NCBI RefSeq assembly: GCF_035084215.1
Contig: NC_090347.1
Span: 39,990,001 to 40,054,000 of the forward strand
DNA length: 64,000 nt
From: Heptranchias perlo
Taxonomy: Eukaryota
Direction of reading: 5' to 3'
Both the position numbers and the translations under genes were made by a program. The first letter of the stretch is position 1. Each line of letters opens with the position of its first letter. Of this stretch, positions 60,093 through 64,000 are shown piece by piece. The notes under the pieces are model-generated. The model was given only the letters and a program-made list of their open reading frames with translations, was not told where the DNA came from and made no database searches.

Positions 60093-61039
60093 GTGTCAGT
60101 TTGATAACTGTCGCAGGTTCTACGCCAAGACTCAAGACATGGAAAGTTTTATAGAACATCAATCTTGCTGTCGTCACGTGAGAGAAAGTTTGATATATTT
60201 TCAGAAATGGTAAGTTCATCGGGGCAGATTCCCCCGTTCCTGCATATCGGGTCACCCAGGCTCAGCGAAAGTCTGAAAATCAGACGGACTCCCTCACCAG
60301 CCTGCGTTGCCCGTGCCCCCCCCCCCCCCCACAAAACCTGATTTTCCTCAACCCAGGTGATTAACAGGAACAGGAAAATCAGCCTCATTGTGCCCAAATG
60401 ACACAGTGGATTGGACCCTGGATCCCAATCCAGCCCACACTGACTGGATGAAGGTTCATACCTGAAAAAAGGGGGCTGTCTGACCCGCCGAGAGTTTTCA
60501 GTTCTCCTGCACCTGCCGTATTTTTGCGTTTTGCTCAGGTCTGCCAGTCTTCCAAATGGGCAGGTATCCAGTGTGAAAGGCAAAAGACTTTGGACCCCTT
60601 GGGCAGCCAATGGATCCTTCCCCCTTCCACCTCCCCTCTCTGTTTTATATAAACACTATCTGCTGGCTCGATGCAGGAACACGTTGCTGTGAGGTGGCAT
60701 CCGCCTAACCAGATGATCTGCAGCTTGCTGTTTCTGTTTGACTTGTCAGCTTGAAGTAACAGTAACCCACAGCTGCTGCTCCTGTGTCCCTCCTGCTCCG
60801 GCTGTGGAACGTGATCTCACCATCAACAACGGCTTGGTCGATGCTGGCCTGAATGCCAAGAGTGCCTGATATAAAGGACGTGATGCAAGAGGGAAAGTAT
60901 CTGCGAGTATGGCTGAGCGAATAGCCGATGAGTAATGAAGTCATGAGGGGAGATGTTTGTTGTATCAGGTTACCTTTTGCTCTCAATGCCCACAGATTTT
61001 TAACTGAAAATAATTTTGATTCGTCTCTTTTGTAGCTGA

Positions 61040-61640
61040 TGATTTTTTGGTATCCTCCTGGATGGTTCAGTGGGAGTATGTACGGCTAGTGCTCTGCATT
61101 AGCTGATCTCAGTAGGGATGGTGCCAGAGGTGCATCAGCTGACCTCAGTGCTCCTGGGTTGGTTTCAAATCCCTCCATGGCCTCACCCCTCCCTATCTCG
61201 GTAACTCCTACAACCCTCAGAGAACCCTGCGTTCCTCCAATTCTGGCCTCTTGTACATTCCCCACTTCCTACACCCCACCATTGGCGGCCGGGCCTTCAG
61301 CTGTCTAGGCCCCTAAGCTCTGGAAACTTCTCCCTAAACTTCTCTACCCCTCTTTTCTCCTTTAAGACACTCCTTAAAGCCTAACTCTCTGACCAAGCTT
61401 TTGGTCACCTGTCCTAATATCTCTATGTGGCTCGGTGTCAAATTTTGTCTGATTACGCTCCTGTGAAACACCTTGGGACGTTTTTACTACGTTAAAGATC
61501 CTATATAAATGCAACTTGTTATTGTTGGGAGGAGGGTTCCCATTCCTGATTGTTACCCAGTGATCATTGCTGGAAAGTGTGGATATTGTACCAGGACAAG
61601 ATTGTGCTGTGATGCCCCTCACAGCTGAGCAGCCTGTTGT
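61040..61640 (+). mobile_element. AmnSINE2-like SINE split by an L2 3' fragment (61165-61525)
   Basis: ttagctgatctcag...cctgggt | L2 tail | gggttcccattcctgat...gctggaaagtg...ctgtgatgcccc. Confidence 0.65.
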
Positions 61641-61774
61641 AATGTGCCTGTGTTTTACTGTGGTCCAGAATCTTGCACTCACCTCAGAGCGAAGGTGAAT
61701 TCCTTGCTCTGCCGATGCTTTTAAAGGGACTGTAAATCCTGAGTGAAAGGGAGGAACTTTGAGACTGATTCTAG

Positions 61775-62385
61775 AACACAAGAATAGGAGTGGGCCATTC
61801 AGCTGCTCAGGCCTGTTCCACCATTCAGTTAGATCATGGCTGATCTGTACCTCAATTCTATTTCCCCACCATAACTCCATATCCCTTGATACCCTTACCC
61901 CACAAAAATCTATCAATCTCACTTTTGAAAGCTCCAAAGACCCCAGCATCCACAGCCTTTTGGGGGGAGTTTTCCAGATTCCTGCTACCCTTTTATGTGA
62001 AAAAGTGCTTGCTGATTTCGCTCCTGAATGGCCTGGCTCTAATGTTAAGATTATGCCCCCTTGTTCTTGATTCCTCCACCAGAGGAAATAGTTTCTCTGT
62101 ATCTCGCCTATCGAATGTCTTAATCATTTTAAACACCTCAATCAGATCACCTCTCTATCTCCTATACTCGAGAGAATACAAGCCTAGTCTATGCAACCTG
62201 TCCTTGTAATTTAACCCTTTTAGCTCAAGTACCATTCTGGTGAATCTGCGCTGCACCCCCTCCAAGGCCAATCTATCCTTCCTGAGGTGCAGTTCCCAAA
62301 AGTGAACACAGAACTCCAGATGGGGTCTAATGAAGTCTCTGTGCAACTGAAGCATAACTTCCTCCCCATTGCAATCCAGCCCCAT
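61775..62385 (-). mobile_element. CR1 3' fragment
   Basis: RPHLEFCVHFW...LEGVQRRFTRMV...LGLYSLEYRR. Confidence 0.9.
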
Positions 62386-63569
62386 AAAAGTACGAGGAAT
62401 CTTCACCTCCCTTGTTCAGTCACTTTTGAATGCCTCTCTTAGGTTTTACTGATCAGTAAAACCTATTAACAGCATCTTGCCTTTGATGTGTGCCAGGACC
62501 GAATTTTATACAGGCAAAAATGAGCGCAATGCTGCGTCTGCATTGCAGGACTGAAGCCAGCACTAGCCATGCTGCCAAATAAAAGACACAGTGCAATAAC
62601 GTACCACCTTACAGGGGGCGGGGGTGGAGTCCTGTGGTGCCCAGCGGAGCAGAGCAACAATATATATGGCTGTTGTGATTTCTGTCCCTGGGCCCCACCT
62701 GTTTTTACTGACTCAGCAATGTTTTTTTAAAAAAAGATCATTCTAGGCATTCACCGGCCATGAGGGGAAAGCCTGTGGCCAGAAAAGGCGTGCTGATTGA
62801 CCAACTGTGCTCTGAAATCAAACCGCGGGGTAAACGGGTGGGATTGGCGGGGGGGGGCCAAAGTACCAGCAGCCAACACAAACGTTGGGACTCCTACGAG
62901 AAGCAGTGCTGTGCAATATGACTTGGGACGTTTTACTGCGTTAAAGGCGCTATAGAAATGCAAGTTGTTGTTGAAAGTGCACGGGTGTGAGCTTTGGGTG
63001 TGAACGGGCCCCATTTGGCCATGATTTGCATCCCCTCCACCCCCCCCCCTCCCCCCCACAAGATGCTTACGCTCGTCGCAGCGTTCAGGGGAGGCGAAGT
63101 GAGTCTAACTGGAGACGAAAAATGTATGTCTTTATATTCTTTCCGTTAAAATATTTTATTCCGTACGTAATGTGAATTAAGAAATTCAGCTTCATAAATT
63201 TAGCGGCTGCAGTTTGCCCAGTATTTGGATAGTTTTAACGAGGCACTTTCTGCATCTAAATCTTTCCAAGCAGGCAAGAGCTAAATGTCTCCCAAGTTTC
63301 CATTCCAACCTCTGCTGTGTCTGACTAATTAGTACTGAGAGCGCAAGCTGTTAATACACAGACCACAGCAACCACAAGCCTCTCAGACGCAACCGATCTG
63401 ACAAACCTCATTACATCTGGTGGTTTCAAGCCCCTGCCCAGGACTAGGAGACTCGGGGAGTACCTTAACCCTTGTGTTATCCTCAACTCTCCACTCTTGT
63501 CTCTTCCCATTGGGCTCACACTGTCTCATCTCTGGCAACTTTCTCTCTTCTGCTGAAATTGCTGCCTCT

Positions 63570-63900
63570 CACTGGAGTGAAGTTCCACGGGCATCTGATG
63601 CCCTTTTGGTACCTCAGCTATGGTCATGTGAGCCGACACTGTGAGTGGGACAGTACAGTCAAACCTGATCACGTCCTCGCCCAGTGTATACGCGCACATA
63701 TACACACACAGACATATACATACACTTTCCGGCATGGATCACTGGACAGCACTGAGGAACAAGAATCCTGTCTGATTTCTGCCACTGCAGCTTGGGGTGC
63801 TGAGGTCCATTGTAACCACCCTAGTTGAGAACAGCTAACTTTACACAGACTGGGATTTGAATCCGGAAACCTGTTCTGTGAGCTCAGTTTACACGCAGCC
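63570..63900 (-). mobile_element. AmnSINE2/MamSINE1-like SINE, degenerate
   Basis: cactttcc...cactgga...gctgaggtccattgta...cagctaact...cacagac reverse-complement motifs. Confidence 0.55.
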
Positions 63901-64000
63901 TTTGTTAAATAAAGCGTCTGCGAAAAGTGAACTCCTCATACTGAAGGGAGAATTTGCCTCCACCTGGAAAAGACAAGGGTCACACTTCCCCTGCTAGTGG

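Noticed and set aside
60705-60986. AVVDGEITFHS resembling the TSEN54 C-terminus
   Set aside because: Only a short match with no flanking similarity, and the position inside the CASKIN intron does not fit.
1-64000. Remaining short ORFs in the track; any prokaryote-type operon or defence system
   Set aside because: Those I could assign map to SINE/LINE fragments or antisense frames; nothing supports microbial or viral genes.

Overview
Repeat-dominated vertebrate DNA, most consistent with a cartilaginous fish (shark). The basis is abundant SacSINE1/DeuSINE-type tRNA SINEs with L2 tails, CR1, L2 and Penelope-like relics; the species cannot be determined. The only host gene recognised is the 5' end of a CASKIN gene, most likely CASKIN2, on the + strand: a promoter at ~54.35 kb, a probable non-coding exon ending 54720, and a first coding segment 57414-57507 (MGKEQELVQAVKSGDMSAAQKLVTKIKASKN). 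In the ~54 kb upstream I found no other host exon. That region holds a decayed two-gene PIF/Harbinger transposon (16.1-20.3 kb), a near full-length decayed CR1 (28.0-32.2 kb), a family of tRNA-headed CR1/Zenon-like LINE copies (20.7-26.9 kb), hAT and palindromic MITEs, a local A-B-A duplication, a 3.2 kb minisatellite of inverted RAG-heptamer pairs and a pyrimidine tract. A G-rich VNTR lies in the inferred first intron. Best leads: the tRNA-headed LINE series, five micro-uORFs before the CASKIN start, the heptamer minisatellite and the templated duplication. Repeat boundaries are read by eye and approximate; family names come from recalled motifs, not database searches.
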